Below, piece after piece: positions 29,701 through 38,784 of a DNA stretch of 64,000 nucleotides. The translations under genes and the position numbers were made by a program. Source of the stretch: Longimicrobiales bacterium (GTDB taxonomy: Bacteria > Gemmatimonadota > Gemmatimonadetes > Longimicrobiales > Gaopeijiaceae). Positions within the stretch are counted from its first letter, which is position 1, and each line of letters opens with the position of its first letter. The stretch lies in contig CBDFIQ010000002.1 of NCBI GenBank assembly GCA_965248195.1, forward strand, positions 1,888,001-1,952,000, in the 5' to 3' direction. The notes under the pieces were generated by a model. That model was not told where the DNA came from. It was given only the letters and a program-made list of their open reading frames with translations, and ran no database searches.

Positions 29701-30130
29701 CGAATAGGAACATCGACAAGAACAACCTCGAGGCCGTCCAAGTCCACGCGGCGCCGTCCGCGGTCTGGAGCCCAGTCGAGCCCCCGCCGATGAGCCCCGA
29801 AGTCATGACGGCGTGGTACCCATTCAGCAGTCCGGTACCGAGGAAGCCAGTACCGATGAACAGGAAGGTTTCCTGCTTCTTACTGTAGAAACGGACGAGA
29901 GAAAGGCTCCCGACGATCAGGGCCAGCGTCGTGCTGATGAATTCCCAGATGACGTGGCGGGCCTCGTTGTCAGCGAAGGGAAAGCGCCTGACGATGATCG
30001 CGAAGACGAAAAGAACCCCCAGGATCACCCAGTAGACGGTGGCCGACCGCTCCTTGTGAGGGTCCTGGGAAGAATCACCGGCCATCATTGAAGGCCCGCG
30101 CAAGGGTCCGTCGGAGCCGGATTCGCTCAC
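26786..30130 (-). CDS. Hybrid sensor histidine kinase (membrane sensor, 2 PAS, HisKA, HATPase, 2 REC)
   Basis: FLANMSHELRTPLN, GNALKFT, DTGIGI, GGTGLGL and two receiver domains. Confidence 0.95.
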   Translation of the reverse strand: MSESGSDGPLRGPSMMAGDSSQDPHKERSATVYWVILGVLFVFAIIVRRFPFADNEARHVIWEFISTTLALIVGSLSLVRFYSKKQETFLFIGTGFLGTGLLNGYHAVMTSGLIGGGSTGLQTADGAAWTWTASRLFLSMFLFGSVFLGSDESDSEPSHAQELFVYVLAAVLTTAFFLVFTFFPLPPAYNPEFVVWRPAEFIPATFFFAAWVGYLRRGDWRTEPFQYWLLISLMISVFLHGMYMAYATSEFDGIADAAHLLKIGSDVSVLAGLMISVFVTFRSEASALETVRQTNLAMAREVEVRGETEQRLRDFLDNANDLIQITDAEGSLAYVNRAWTATFGFEEEAVKGENLYSLLRPSNRVELETAFRRLAEGGSMERFISELHTGDGDPVICAISANCSRVSGEVVAVRSIIRNVTETVMAERELAGSRANLNALVESTGDVIWSVNSDHALITFNAAFALAVESRTGFEPSVGDGPEDLYPSDQAIWFQQAYDEVMRTGRLSKIRSEEMDGELRHLELFFSPIRDQADSAGVVVFGKDITRRRRAEVDLVSAKNEAEAANRAKSQFLANMSHELRTPLNSVIGFANILLKNKKKNLKSPELGLLDRIQVNGNHLLGLINEILDLAKVESGRMELELMTVDVGNLAHEALALVEGQIRSRMAEVEVRVEGPETMEEIETDPAKLKQVIVNLVGNALKFTESGEIVVRIEINEATGQPTSVSVIDTGIGIPKERLGAIFEAFQQAEAGTTRQFGGTGLGLAISRSMCRLMGYDLTVESEVGQGATFKIVFPSFESSGSPSETALQRGSQRPDGEEVEPLTVGAAAADDNVDAATRSGKGNSGQEKTGPREARGEVKHFKVLAIDDDPDSLVLMEDYLADFGCEVLQASSGTVGLEMVLTHRPDLVMLDLHMPDVDGWEVLRRLKADPEVSHIPVVIASVAANEGRGRLFGAVDLLTKPIERSDVLRILWRQLVNQHGRRVLLIDDDPDIQTLLERGLAVDDLDVHCVSNGEEALLFLERDTPAAVLLDLRMPVMDGFEFLDRMRESRYHKGLPVVAMTGKRLTSAEEAQLADKASAVVIKDDNFMPRVRAFLATLFPMESRTSKAAPTAD

Positions 30131-30507
30131 GTTGATCTAGCGAGCAAACGCTCAATGGCCCCCGTGAGAACTTCTTCATCGATGATCGGCTTCGTGACGT
30201 ACTCGTCGAAACCCATCTCGAGGTACCTTTCCCGATCGCCGGACATGGCATGGGCGGTCAGCGCGATAACGGGGAGGTGACGCAACGGCTCCTGAGACCG
30301 GACCCACTGGAGGACCTCGGCACCATCCATGCCCGGCAGAGAGATGTCGAGCAGAACGAGGTCGGGAATGTCATCGGCCAGGCCGTCCACGACCTCCATT
30401 CCGTTCTCGTACTCGGAGATCTCGTACTGGTCCTCGAGAATGGCCTGAACTAGGAGGCGATTGTCTTCGTTGTCCTCTACGACCGCGATCTTAGGCTTCA
30501 TTGCCAT
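30127..30507 (-). CDS. Single-domain response regulator
   Basis: VEDN, LLDISLP, ALTAHA and TKP motifs. Confidence 0.93.
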   Translation of the reverse strand: MAMKPKIAVVEDNEDNRLLVQAILEDQYEISEYENGMEVVDGLADDIPDLVLLDISLPGMDGAEVLQWVRSQEPLRHLPVIALTAHAMSGDRERYLEMGFDEYVTKPIIDEEVLTGAIERLLARST

Positions 30508-30859
30508 CTCCCTCGACGATCACTTCCAACTCCTGAGCGGCCTGCGAGAAGGCCTGCTCGAGGTTGGGAATGAGATCACGAACTCGTTGGAGGTCGCCGC
30601 CCGATGCGGCCGCCTCAAGCTCACTTGCGATCTCCTGGAGGAGTTGCGCACCGACATTGGCAGCGCTGGACTTCAGAGAATGCGCGCCTCGCTCGGGGAC
30701 GACGAGATCCTCGCCGTCCATGGCCCCGCGAATCTGGTCGACCCGCGTGGGACCGTTTTCCAGGAACAGTCGAACGATCTCTTTTGAAAGATTCACACCG
30801 CCCCAGCCCTCTAACCTTTTGAGGGCGGCCGGGTCGATGATGGTGGGATCTATAGGCAT
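30491..30859 (-). CDS. Hpt phosphotransfer protein
   Basis: AHSLKSSAANVGA motif. Confidence 0.92.
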   Translation of the reverse strand: MPIDPTIIDPAALKRLEGWGGVNLSKEIVRLFLENGPTRVDQIRGAMDGEDLVVPERGAHSLKSSAANVGAQLLQEIASELEAAASGGDLQRVRDLIPNLEQAFSQAAQELEVIVEGDGNEA

Positions 30860-30929
30860 GGGTTCTCAGTTCAATGTTTTTCCCCCGGAGCGTTCACCTT
30901 GGCGCATCGCTGACGGGCCGCGATCGATT

Positions 30930-31676
30930 TCAAGTTTCCCTCTCCGGGTGATGATAGAATGGCCCGTCTTTATGGGGTAGGAGCTGATCGACGAGTCCGG
31001 ACCCGGTTTCCCAGGCATCGAACTCCTCGACCAAATCTCGGTCCCATCGATCTCCGGCGGAGCGAAGACGACCCTCGAGCCACTCAGGGGCCCCAAAACC
31101 GATGGCCCGACGATAAACCTCCGCCACCTCAAATATCTTGTCCGCATACCCACCCACGTCAAGCGCGACGGTTGGGAGGCTGGAGTGCACACCCCGCATC
31201 GTGAAGATGGGGCAGAACGCTCTGTGGGGTTGCTCCGGCGCGACCACCTTGGAGATGCGTGCGAAATTAACCGCATCGCGGGCGATTTTTCCCGTCGCCT
31301 GGTGGTCCGGGTGCCGAAACCCTCGGGCCCAGGCGTCCCCCCACGTAAGGAGGCCATGGGGTCGGATCTCCGCCATCACCCGGGCGACCTCGTCGCCCGC
31401 CTCAGGCGTCGCCTGGACCGCGGAGTCCGGAAACGAAAGGAAGCGTCCCTCGACGCCCAAACACTCCACCACCCGCATGCCCAGCTCCATACGGCGCTCG
31501 GCGACTTCCGCCTTGGGGAGGGGGCCGAAAGCGTCGGTCATTTCCCCTCGTGTGAGCCAGAGCACTACGACCCTCGAGCCGGCAGCGCGTTGGGCGAGTA
31601 AAGCGCCGGCACAGAGCACCTCATCGTCCGGGTGCGCAAGCACCGCGAGGAGCGTCGGCGGGCTCGGCGTGTTCAC
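30930..31676 (-). CDS. PIG-L family deacetylase
   Basis: AHPDDE, T.GE and HPDH motifs; GTG at 31676 overlaps the rpe stop. Confidence 0.88.
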   Translation of the reverse strand: MNTPSPPTLLAVLAHPDDEVLCAGALLAQRAAGSRVVVLWLTRGEMTDAFGPLPKAEVAERRMELGMRVVECLGVEGRFLSFPDSAVQATPEAGDEVARVMAEIRPHGLLTWGDAWARGFRHPDHQATGKIARDAVNFARISKVVAPEQPHRAFCPIFTMRGVHSSLPTVALDVGGYADKIFEVAEVYRRAIGFGAPEWLEGRLRSAGDRWDRDLVEEFDAWETGSGLVDQLLPHKDGPFYHHPERET

Positions 31677-32431
31677 TAGACTGCGTCCGCTCCACCGCCC
31701 TCGGCCGCTCCACCGTCCTTGGCCGCGCCTCCCTCCTTGGCCGCGCCTCCCTCCTCGGCCGCACCTCCCTCCTCGGCCGCACGTCGGATCAGCCGAATCG
31801 CCTCCGCGATTCCATCCGGATGCCGAAATACTGCCGCCCCGGCCACAAGCACCGAGGCCCCCGCCTCGCCCGCTTCGCCCGCGGTATCGACGTTTATGCC
31901 GCCATCCACCTCGAGTTGGGCGCCGTCTGCACCGGATTCGTCGAGCATCGCCCGGAGTCCACGAATTTTTTCGGTACTCGCTGGGATGTACGCCTGCCCA
32001 CCAAACCCCGGGTTTACCGACATGATCAGCGCCAGATCGATCTCGGGTATGACCTCCGCCAGCGTCTCGAGGGATGTGGCCGGGTTCAGCGTCACTCCAG
32101 GGTGTACACCCAGCTCGTGCATACGCTCGATGGTCCTGTGAAGGTGGGGGCAAACCTCCTGATGGACCGTGATGGAGTCTGCTCCGGCATCGGCGAACGC
32201 GGAGAGATACCGGTCGGGCTCTTCGATCATCAAGTGCACATCGACGGGGAGGTCCGTAGCCGCCCGTACGGCCGACGTCACCGCGGGTCCGATCGTGATG
32301 TTGGGGACGAAGTGGCCGTCCATGACGTCCACGTGAATCCAGTCCGCTCCGGCTTCGGCGGCCTCGGACACCTGCTCGGCCAAACGCCCGAAGTCGGCGG
32401 AAAGAATGGATGGAGCGATCAGAATCGCCAT
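31676..32431 (-). CDS. rpe: Ribulose-phosphate 3-epimerase
   Basis: APSILSADF, HVDVMDGHFVPN, MSVNPGFGGQ and VDGG motifs. Confidence 0.97.
   Translation of the reverse strand: MAILIAPSILSADFGRLAEQVSEAAEAGADWIHVDVMDGHFVPNITIGPAVTSAVRAATDLPVDVHLMIEEPDRYLSAFADAGADSITVHQEVCPHLHRTIERMHELGVHPGVTLNPATSLETLAEVIPEIDLALIMSVNPGFGGQAYIPASTEKIRGLRAMLDESGADGAQLEVDGGINVDTAGEAGEAGASVLVAGAAVFRHPDGIAEAIRLIRRAAEEGGAAEEGGAAKEGGAAKDGGAAEGGGADAV
31691..31780 (-). repeat. 5 x 18-bp in-frame tandem repeat in the rpe tail
   Basis: AAEEGG-AAEEGG-AAKEGG-AAKDGG-AAEGGG. Confidence 0.9.
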
Positions 32432-32447
32432 GGAGTGTGGTCTTCCG

Positions 32448-33173
32448 TCATGGAGCGTGATGTCCCGTCGTGGCACCGTCCCCTTTGGAAAGTGTTCTCA
32501 CGCCAGCCGGACCACTGACCAAGACTTCGGTAGCCATCCCGAGAAAGAGCCCGGATTCCACGACTCCGGCTCTCTCGCGGAGGGCCAGATCAAAGCTTCT
32601 CGGGTCATCGATCGCGCCGCGAGTGTGGCAGTCGAGAATGTAGTTGCCATTGTCCGTGACCATCGGTTCTCCGTCTGGCCCCACCCGGAGCACGGCTTCG
32701 GCACCCAACGACTTCACGAACGGCCGGTGGATCTCCCATCCGAACTGTACCACCTCCACCGGCACGGGACCCAGCGTCCCGAGGGTGGGCACCATCTTGC
32801 TGTCGTCCACCATGATCGCCAACCGCCCGGACGCCTGAGCCACCATTTTTTCGCGGAGAAGCGCGCCCCCGAGGCCCTTGATGAGGTTCAACTCCGGATC
32901 GACCTCATCGGCGCCATCGATCGTCAAATCGAGAACAGGAGTTTCGGTCAAGGAGGTCAGCGGAATGCCCAGTTCCCGCGCCTCCCGAGCCGTACGAAGA
33001 GACGTGGGTACGCCGATGACGTCGATCAGGGCGCCTCCGTTGAGCCTCTCGGACAGCGCGACCAACAAGTGGGCCACGGTCGATCCGGTGCCCAAGCCCA
33101 AGCGCATCCCACTGTCCACGAGTTCGGCCGCTGCTACGCCCACCGCTTTTTTCAGTGAGTCAACGTCCGCCAA
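32448..33173 (-). CDS. rpiA: Ribose-5-phosphate isomerase A
   Basis: GLGTGST, DGADE and KGLGGALLREK motifs. Confidence 0.97.
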   Translation of the reverse strand: MADVDSLKKAVGVAAAELVDSGMRLGLGTGSTVAHLLVALSERLNGGALIDVIGVPTSLRTAREARELGIPLTSLTETPVLDLTIDGADEVDPELNLIKGLGGALLREKMVAQASGRLAIMVDDSKMVPTLGTLGPVPVEVVQFGWEIHRPFVKSLGAEAVLRVGPDGEPMVTDNGNYILDCHTRGAIDDPRSFDLALRERAGVVESGLFLGMATEVLVSGPAGVRTLSKGDGATTGHHAP

Positions 33174-33206
33174 GTGGCTCTCCCGGCGTGCGGACTGCGG
33201 GCTTCG

Positions 33207-34145
33207 TCAGGCGCCAAACCCCTTCATCAGCTCGTGGACCCGCTCGCTGATGGCCAGCGCTTCGTCGAAGGGCCTTTGCCACATGTTGCGGCCGAAGATG
33301 AGACCGGTCGCACCGGCTTCCAGCCCGGTACGCACCTTGGTCAGGAGGTCGTCATCCCCGAGCTTGCTGCCACCGGAAAAAAGTACGAGACAGCGCCCGG
33401 CAGACTCCACCACCCGCTTCGCGCCCTCGCCATAGTCGTAGTCGATTTCGGCGTATTCCGCAGGCTGCTCGGCGTCCTTGGGACCGTGCTTCGGGATGTT
33501 CAACTTCACGATGTCGGCACCCATTTCGAGGGCGACTCGGGCGGCATAATCGACGGCGTAGAGGCTGTCTCGCCCTCCCTTCTCCTCGATCGCGGCACCC
33601 CGCGGGTACGACCACACCACCAGAGGCATGTTGTACTTGTCGCAGTCTTCACGAACGAGTTGGAGTTGTTGGAGATCCTCATCCTGCCGGGGAGAACCGA
33701 CATACAGTGTGTAGCCGACGGCGTCGGCACCCAGCGATACCGCGTCCTCGACGCTACCGGTCAACGACGAAAGGGCCTCCGCATCGGAGGGGATCGTGGT
33801 CTTGCCGTTGATCTTCAGCAGGAGCGGCACCTCGCCCGCATACTTCGTCATGTACTTGCTGGCGAGTCCGTAATGACATGCCACCGCGTTGAAGTTGCCC
33901 TCCAGCGCCAGCCGCCACTGAAAATCCGGATCCTGGGACGGCGGGTTGGGAAAAAAGTCGATCGGCCCATGCTCCAAACCCTGGTCGATGGGGAGGATGA
34001 GAAGCGTACCGTTCTTCAAGCCTCGTCCATAGAGAAGTCTACGAAGGCGTACGCGTTTCCCGAGTGGCAGGTCGAGTTCATCGAGGACGGGGCGCGCGAC
34101 GCCCGCCCTGACGGCGGGCTCCGCGTCTACCGTGGCGGTCGACAT
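33207..34145 (-). CDS. Class I (DhnA-type) fructose-bisphosphate aldolase
   Basis: LPIDQGLEHGP, WSYPRG, GADIVK, SGG and GRNMWQR motifs; ATG at 34145. Confidence 0.92.
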   Translation of the reverse strand: MSTATVDAEPAVRAGVARPVLDELDLPLGKRVRLRRLLYGRGLKNGTLLILPIDQGLEHGPIDFFPNPPSQDPDFQWRLALEGNFNAVACHYGLASKYMTKYAGEVPLLLKINGKTTIPSDAEALSSLTGSVEDAVSLGADAVGYTLYVGSPRQDEDLQQLQLVREDCDKYNMPLVVWSYPRGAAIEEKGGRDSLYAVDYAARVALEMGADIVKLNIPKHGPKDAEQPAEYAEIDYDYGEGAKRVVESAGRCLVLFSGGSKLGDDDLLTKVRTGLEAGATGLIFGRNMWQRPFDEALAISERVHELMKGFGA

Positions 34146-34238
34146 GAATAGATCCTCCAACGTGAAAAAAATGTCAGTGGCGGGCCGATTTTCGTGCCAG
34201 AATCTAAGAACGCAGAGGGCCATGGGCCAGCCCGTCTC

Positions 34239-34267
34239 TTGACTCCTCGTCGTCGCGAGCACAGCTT
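34239..34267 (+). promoter_or_regulatory. Putative sigma70 promoter for the leader-aroF transcript
   Basis: TTGACT-17 nt-CAGCTT; predicted start near the leader ATG at 34275. Confidence 0.55.
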
Positions 34268-34274
34268 CCAGCCC

Positions 34275-34343
34275 ATGATTCACGCGCACAGACATGAGGC
34301 TTTCTACTTTACGGGCCGGCCCCCTCCGGGAGCCGGCGGTTGA
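34275..34343 (+). CDS. Putative attenuator leader peptide MIHAHRHEAFYFTGRPPPGAGG
   Basis: 22-aa ORF with consecutive TTC-TAC-TTT codons, upstream of a terminator and DAHP synthase. Confidence 0.75.
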   Translation: MIHAHRHEAFYFTGRPPPGAGG

Positions 34344-34378
34344 TGCGCGCGCGCTGAGCGGAATCGCGTTTCGTCCTG

Positions 34379-34410
34379 AGGCTCTCGACTCCTGGTCGGG
34401 GGCCTTTTTT
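34379..34410 (+). terminator. Attenuator terminator hairpin
   Basis: AGGCTCTCGAC/GTCGGGGGCCT stem ending in a T6 run, 50 nt before the aroF start. Confidence 0.85.
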
Positions 34411-34460
34411 CGTGGCCGCTCACTTGAAAAGCCGGCCATCACTCACAATCTGAGAAGACC

Positions 34461-35495
34461 ATGATCATTATCACTCGCCCCGGAGTGACAGACGAAGAGC
34501 TCGACCACATCCGGGAACGAATCGAAGCCCTAGGACCTCGGACTCACCTCGTTCGGGGCAAGCACCGGACGGTCGTCCTGTGTATCGGAGAGCAGGAGGA
34601 TCTGGCCAATGTGCCCATGCTCTCGATCCCCGGGGTCGAGAGCGTTCGCGCGGTCATGAAGCCGTACAAGCTGGCGAACCGGCAAGTCCAACCGGAGCCC
34701 ACGGAGGTTCCTGTCGGCAGTGGCACGATCGGAGGGGATGCCCTCTCGATCATCGCGGGACCCTGCTCGGTGGAGGGCCTCACCATGCTCCAGGATACTG
34801 CGCGCCACGTAAAGGCCGCGGGAGCGACCGCACTGCGCGGCGGGGCGTTCAAGCCGAGGAGCTCCCCCTATGCGTTCGACGGCCTCGGTGAAGAAGGTCT
34901 GAAGATGCTTGCGGACGTGCGAGCCGAGACTGGACTCCCGGTGGTGACGGAAGTCATGGATACGCGGCAGGTCGACCTGGTCGCAGAGTACGCGGACGTA
35001 CTCCAGATCGGAGCCAGAAACATGCAGAATTATTCCCTCCTCACCGAGGTCGGGCGGCTGCACCGGCCGATCCTTCTCAAACGCGGGATGTCGGCCAAGG
35101 TCGCGGACCTTCTCCTGGCCGCCGAATACGTCATGAAGCAGGGGAACATGAACGTCGTGCTTTGTGAGCGAGGCATCCGGACCTTCGAGGACTCCACGCG
35201 CAACACGTTCGATCTGGCCGCGATTCCCGTGCTAAAGAAGGAGACCCATCTTCCCGTGGTGGCCGATCCCAGCCACGCGGCGGGGCGGCGAGACCTGGTG
35301 CCGGCCCTCTCCTACGCGGCGATCGCGGCTGGCGCAGACGGCCTCATTATCGAGGTCCATCCCGACCCGGAGATGGCCGTTTCCGATGGGGACCAATCTT
35401 TGGTGTTCGACGAATTCGAGTCGCTCATGGCCGCCCTGGCACCCTTTGCGGCGGCCGCAGGGAGGACGATGGAGGATCTCAACGGAGAGGCCTGA
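34461..35495 (+). CDS. aroF: 3-deoxy-7-phosphoheptulonate (DAHP) synthase, type I-beta with N-terminal regulatory domain
   Basis: [36 protein letters not shown] and DPSH motifs. Confidence 0.95.
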   Translation: MIIITRPGVTDEELDHIRERIEALGPRTHLVRGKHRTVVLCIGEQEDLANVPMLSIPGVESVRAVMKPYKLANRQVQPEPTEVPVGSGTIGGDALSIIAGPCSVEGLTMLQDTARHVKAAGATALRGGAFKPRSSPYAFDGLGEEGLKMLADVRAETGLPVVTEVMDTRQVDLVAEYADVLQIGARNMQNYSLLTEVGRLHRPILLKRGMSAKVADLLLAAEYVMKQGNMNVVLCERGIRTFEDSTRNTFDLAAIPVLKKETHLPVVADPSHAAGRRDLVPALSYAAIAAGADGLIIEVHPDPEMAVSDGDQSLVFDEFESLMAALAPFAAAAGRTMEDLNGEA

Positions 35496-36867
35496 GGCAG
35501 GTCTCCGCCGCGGTGATTTGCTCCAAGACGGCCTTTCGGGCCGTACCACCGGGGGCTTCCCGGGCCTCGACCGAGCGCTCCCACACGAACACGTCGAGGA
35601 CATCGGAGCCGAAATCGGCGTGTACCTTCTGGAACGCCTCGAGCGGAAGTTGGTCTATCGGAACGCCCTGGTCCTCCGCGACGCGCACGACTGTCGCGAC
35701 CACTTCGTGAGCCTTCCGGAAGGGCACGCCGGCCCGAACCAGATAGTCGGCCAGATCCGTGGAAAGAAGCTGTGGGTCGAGCGCGGCCTCGATGCGATCC
35801 GTTTGAAACTCGGCACCGCGGATGGCGCCTTCGATCGCGGGCAGCACCACGGTGAGCGTGTCCATGGAGTCGAAGAGCGTTCCCTTGTCTTCTTGGAGGT
35901 CTCGGTTGTAGCCAGTGGGGAGTCCCTTCAACACCGTCAGGAGCGACACGAGATTCCCCGTCAGGCGACCGGATTTCCCCCGCACAAGTTCCGCCACGTC
36001 CGGATTCCGCTTTTGGGGCATCAGGCTGGATCCCGTGCTAAACCCGTCGGACAACCGGACGAACCCGAACTCTTTGGATCCGAACAGCACCAAATCCTCC
36101 GCTAACCGCGACAAATGAAGCCCGACGCGGGCCGCCACGAAGGCGAAACCCAGCGCCCAGTCGCGATCGCTGACCGCGTCGATGCTGTTCTCGGAAATGT
36201 GCAGGAACCCAAGCTCTTCCCTCAGGAACTCACGGTCTATCGGGAAGGGACACCCCGCGATCGCACCCGAGCCAAGCGGCATGACGCTCGCTTGATCCCG
36301 CACGGTGCGCAGCGCTGCACGGTCACGCTCCAACGGCCAGAAGTGCGAGAGAACCCAGTGAGCGGCCCGCACCGGCTGGCCCTGCTGGAGGTGGGTATAT
36401 CCGGGTAGGACCACCTCTAGGGATTCACGCGCCCAATCCAGGAGAGCACCTTCCAACGCCTTCAGGGCGTCACCGAGGACCCCGGCCATCTCCATGCCCC
36501 ACAGGCGGAAATCGGTCGCCACCTGGTCGTTGCGCGACCGACCGGTATGGAGCTTACCGGCGACCTCACCGACGTCTTCGTGAAGCAGACGCTCCACCAG
36601 GGAATGAATGTCCTCGTCAGACTCATCGGAGTGGTCGCGTTCAGAAAGGCGGGCGGCCACGCGGTCGAGCCCCTCGAGGAGTTTGACCTCCTCGTCCTCC
36701 TCCAGAACGCCCGCCTTCACCAGTGCCCGGGCCCAGGCCCGGCTCCCACGGACATCCTGCGGCCAGAGGCGAATGTCCACATCCAGGCTCCGGTTCAAGG
36801 GAACCATTTCCCCCGCCATAGCGCCCTCGATGCGGCCGCTCCAGAGGGGGGCGGGCGGGCCGATCAG
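35479..36867 (-). CDS. argH: Argininosuccinate lyase (start probably CTG at 36867; first ATG is 36819)
   Basis: [25 protein letters not shown] and YNRDLQEDK motifs; LWSGR lies upstream of the ATG. Confidence 0.93.
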   Translation of the reverse strand: MIGPPAPLWSGRIEGAMAGEMVPLNRSLDVDIRLWPQDVRGSRAWARALVKAGVLEEDEEVKLLEGLDRVAARLSERDHSDESDEDIHSLVERLLHEDVGEVAGKLHTGRSRNDQVATDFRLWGMEMAGVLGDALKALEGALLDWARESLEVVLPGYTHLQQGQPVRAAHWVLSHFWPLERDRAALRTVRDQASVMPLGSGAIAGCPFPIDREFLREELGFLHISENSIDAVSDRDWALGFAFVAARVGLHLSRLAEDLVLFGSKEFGFVRLSDGFSTGSSLMPQKRNPDVAELVRGKSGRLTGNLVSLLTVLKGLPTGYNRDLQEDKGTLFDSMDTLTVVLPAIEGAIRGAEFQTDRIEAALDPQLLSTDLADYLVRAGVPFRKAHEVVATVVRVAEDQGVPIDQLPLEAFQKVHADFGSDVLDVFVWERSVEAREAPGGTARKAVLEQITAAETCLRPLR

Positions 36868-38228
36868 CCCGCCGGGGTTTTGAGGCCCGCGGACTCCATC
36901 ATCTCGGTCACGGCCTCGTTCGTCTCGGTCTCGGCGCCCTTCTTGTGCGCCCCCTTGCTCTCCCCGCCCTCACTCTCCCCGCCCTTTTTTTCCCCGCCTT
37001 TCTTCTCCCCGCCCTTCTTCCTCCCGCCCTGGCCGCTGTCCCGCTCCGCCGCAACCCGCGCAGGAAGCCCGAACAACTTGATGAACCCTTCGGCGTCGGC
37101 ATGGTCGTACGTCGCCTCTTCACCGAAAGACGCGAGTCCGGCGTGGTACAACGACTCGGGGCTCCTACGGCTCGCCACCGATGCCGAACCCTTGTAGAGC
37201 TTCAAGCGCACGACACCCGTGACCCGCTTCATGAGGACGTCCATGAACGCATCCATGGCCTCTCTCTCAGGCGTCCACCACCAGCCCTCGTATACCAGAT
37301 CCGCGTAGCGGCCCGCGACCTGATCCTTGAACGCTAGAGCCCGGCGATCGAGTGTGAGCTGCTCGAGTTCCTGAAGCGCGGTATAGAGAAGCGTTCCCCC
37401 AGGGGTCTCATACACGCCACGCGACTTCATTCCGACCAGCCGGTCCTCCACGAGATCCACCCTCCCTACGCCATGCCGGGAGCCGATCTCGTTCAAGGCC
37501 AGGAGGAGGTGTACCGAGTCCATGGCCTCATCGTTGACCGACACGGGAAATCCCTGCTCGAAGCCGATCTCCAGGTATTCGGGTGTGTCCGGCGCGGCCT
37601 CGGGAGCCGTGGTCCATTGGTACATCGAGTCATCGGGCTCGAACGCGGGATCCTCGAGCGGACCACCCTCGTGCGAGATATGCCAGATGTTCTCGTCGCG
37701 TGAATAGAGCTTGGTCTCGTCGACACCTACAAGGGGTATCTCGCGAGCGCGGGCGTACTCCAATGCGTCCTCACGGGACTGCAGATCCCACTCGCGCCAG
37801 GGAGCGATCACACGGAGATCCGGTGCGAGCGCGGTAAACGTCAGCTCGAACCGAACCTGATCGTTTCCCTTGCCGGTGCAGCCATGCGAAAGCGCATCCG
37901 CTCCAACCTCGCGGGCCACCTCTACCATCCGGCGCGCGATGATGGGACGCGCCATGCAAGTGCCCAGGAGGTACTTGCGACCGTAGACGGCTCCTGAACG
38001 AAGCGTCGGCCACACGAAATCTTCGACGAACTCCCTGCGCAGGTCCTCGCCGTGGAACTCCGCGGCCCCAGTCGCCTCGGCCCGCTCCCCGAGCCCGTCG
38101 AGACCGCCCGGCTGTCCCACGTCGGCAGCCACGCAAATGACCTCGGCGTCGTAGTTCTCACGAAGCCACGGAACGATGACGGACGTGTCCAGTCCACCGG
38201 AGTACGCGAGCACCACCTTCAGCGCCAT
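36864..38228 (-). CDS. argG: Argininosuccinate synthase
   Basis: AYSGGLDTS, HGCTGKGNDQVRFE and GMKSRGVYETP motifs. Confidence 0.97.
   Translation of the reverse strand: MALKVVLAYSGGLDTSVIVPWLRENYDAEVICVAADVGQPGGLDGLGERAEATGAAEFHGEDLRREFVEDFVWPTLRSGAVYGRKYLLGTCMARPIIARRMVEVAREVGADALSHGCTGKGNDQVRFELTFTALAPDLRVIAPWREWDLQSREDALEYARAREIPLVGVDETKLYSRDENIWHISHEGGPLEDPAFEPDDSMYQWTTAPEAAPDTPEYLEIGFEQGFPVSVNDEAMDSVHLLLALNEIGSRHGVGRVDLVEDRLVGMKSRGVYETPGGTLLYTALQELEQLTLDRRALAFKDQVAGRYADLVYEGWWWTPEREAMDAFMDVLMKRVTGVVRLKLYKGSASVASRRSPESLYHAGLASFGEEATYDHADAEGFIKLFGLPARVAAERDSGQGGRKKGGEKKGGEKKGGESEGGESKGAHKKGAETETNEAVTEMMESAGLKTPAG
36924..37028 (-). repeat. 7 x 15-bp in-frame tandem repeat in the argG tail
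   Basis: GGRKK-GGEKK-GGEKK-GGESE-GGESK-GAHKK-GAETE. Confidence 0.85.
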
Positions 38229-38298
38229 GACTGCCTCTTACTGTGACATACACACAAAAAAACGCGGGCCGGGAACAGAACCAGCCACTTCTTCACTG

Positions 38299-38754
38299 TC
38301 AAGCTGGCCTCATCGCTTCATCGGCCATGGTCCGCACCTTCTCGGGCTCGAAGCCCACGCTTCGGCCGACCTCCTCGCCATCCTTGAAGAGAATCACGGT
38401 GGGGATGCTGCGAATGCCGAATTTCTGGGAAAGATCCGGCGCCTGATCCGTGTCGATCTTGACCACGAGCAACTTCCCCTCATGCGCCTGGGCGAGCTCG
38501 TCCATCAGGGGCGCGACATACTTGCACGGCGCACACCAGTCCGCATAGAAATCCACCAGCACGGGCGCCTCCGAGCCGAGTACCGTACGGTCGAAATCCT
38601 CCCCACCGACCTTGACCGGTCGATCGAGGAGCAGCGGCTTCGCACAGTCGCCGCATTTCGGTCGGTCGCCCGATTTGCCGAGATCGACGTCGTTGAGCGT
38701 CAAGCAAAAAGGGCACCGCAGGGTGACCTTGTTTTGGTGCTGGACTTCATTCAC
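38299..38754 (-). CDS. trxC: Thioredoxin 2 with N-terminal Zn finger
   Basis: CPFC...CGDC zinc finger and WCAPC active site. Confidence 0.9.
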   Translation of the reverse strand: MNEVQHQNKVTLRCPFCLTLNDVDLGKSGDRPKCGDCAKPLLLDRPVKVGGEDFDRTVLGSEAPVLVDFYADWCAPCKYVAPLMDELAQAHEGKLLVVKIDTDQAPDLSQKFGIRSIPTVILFKDGEEVGRSVGFEPEKVRTMADEAMRPA

Positions 38755-38784
38755 AGAACCGCTCCTGGAAGAGACTCCGCTTCA

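Noticed and set aside
31691..31780. Tandem repeats as a CRISPR array
   Set aside because: No unique spacers, in-frame coding sequence, and no cas genes in the window
30930..32153. 407-aa ORF and other N-terminally extended ORF-track calls (9980, 34442, 45069, 56362, 62453)
   Set aside because: The extensions overlap upstream genes; homology starts at the internal starts listed
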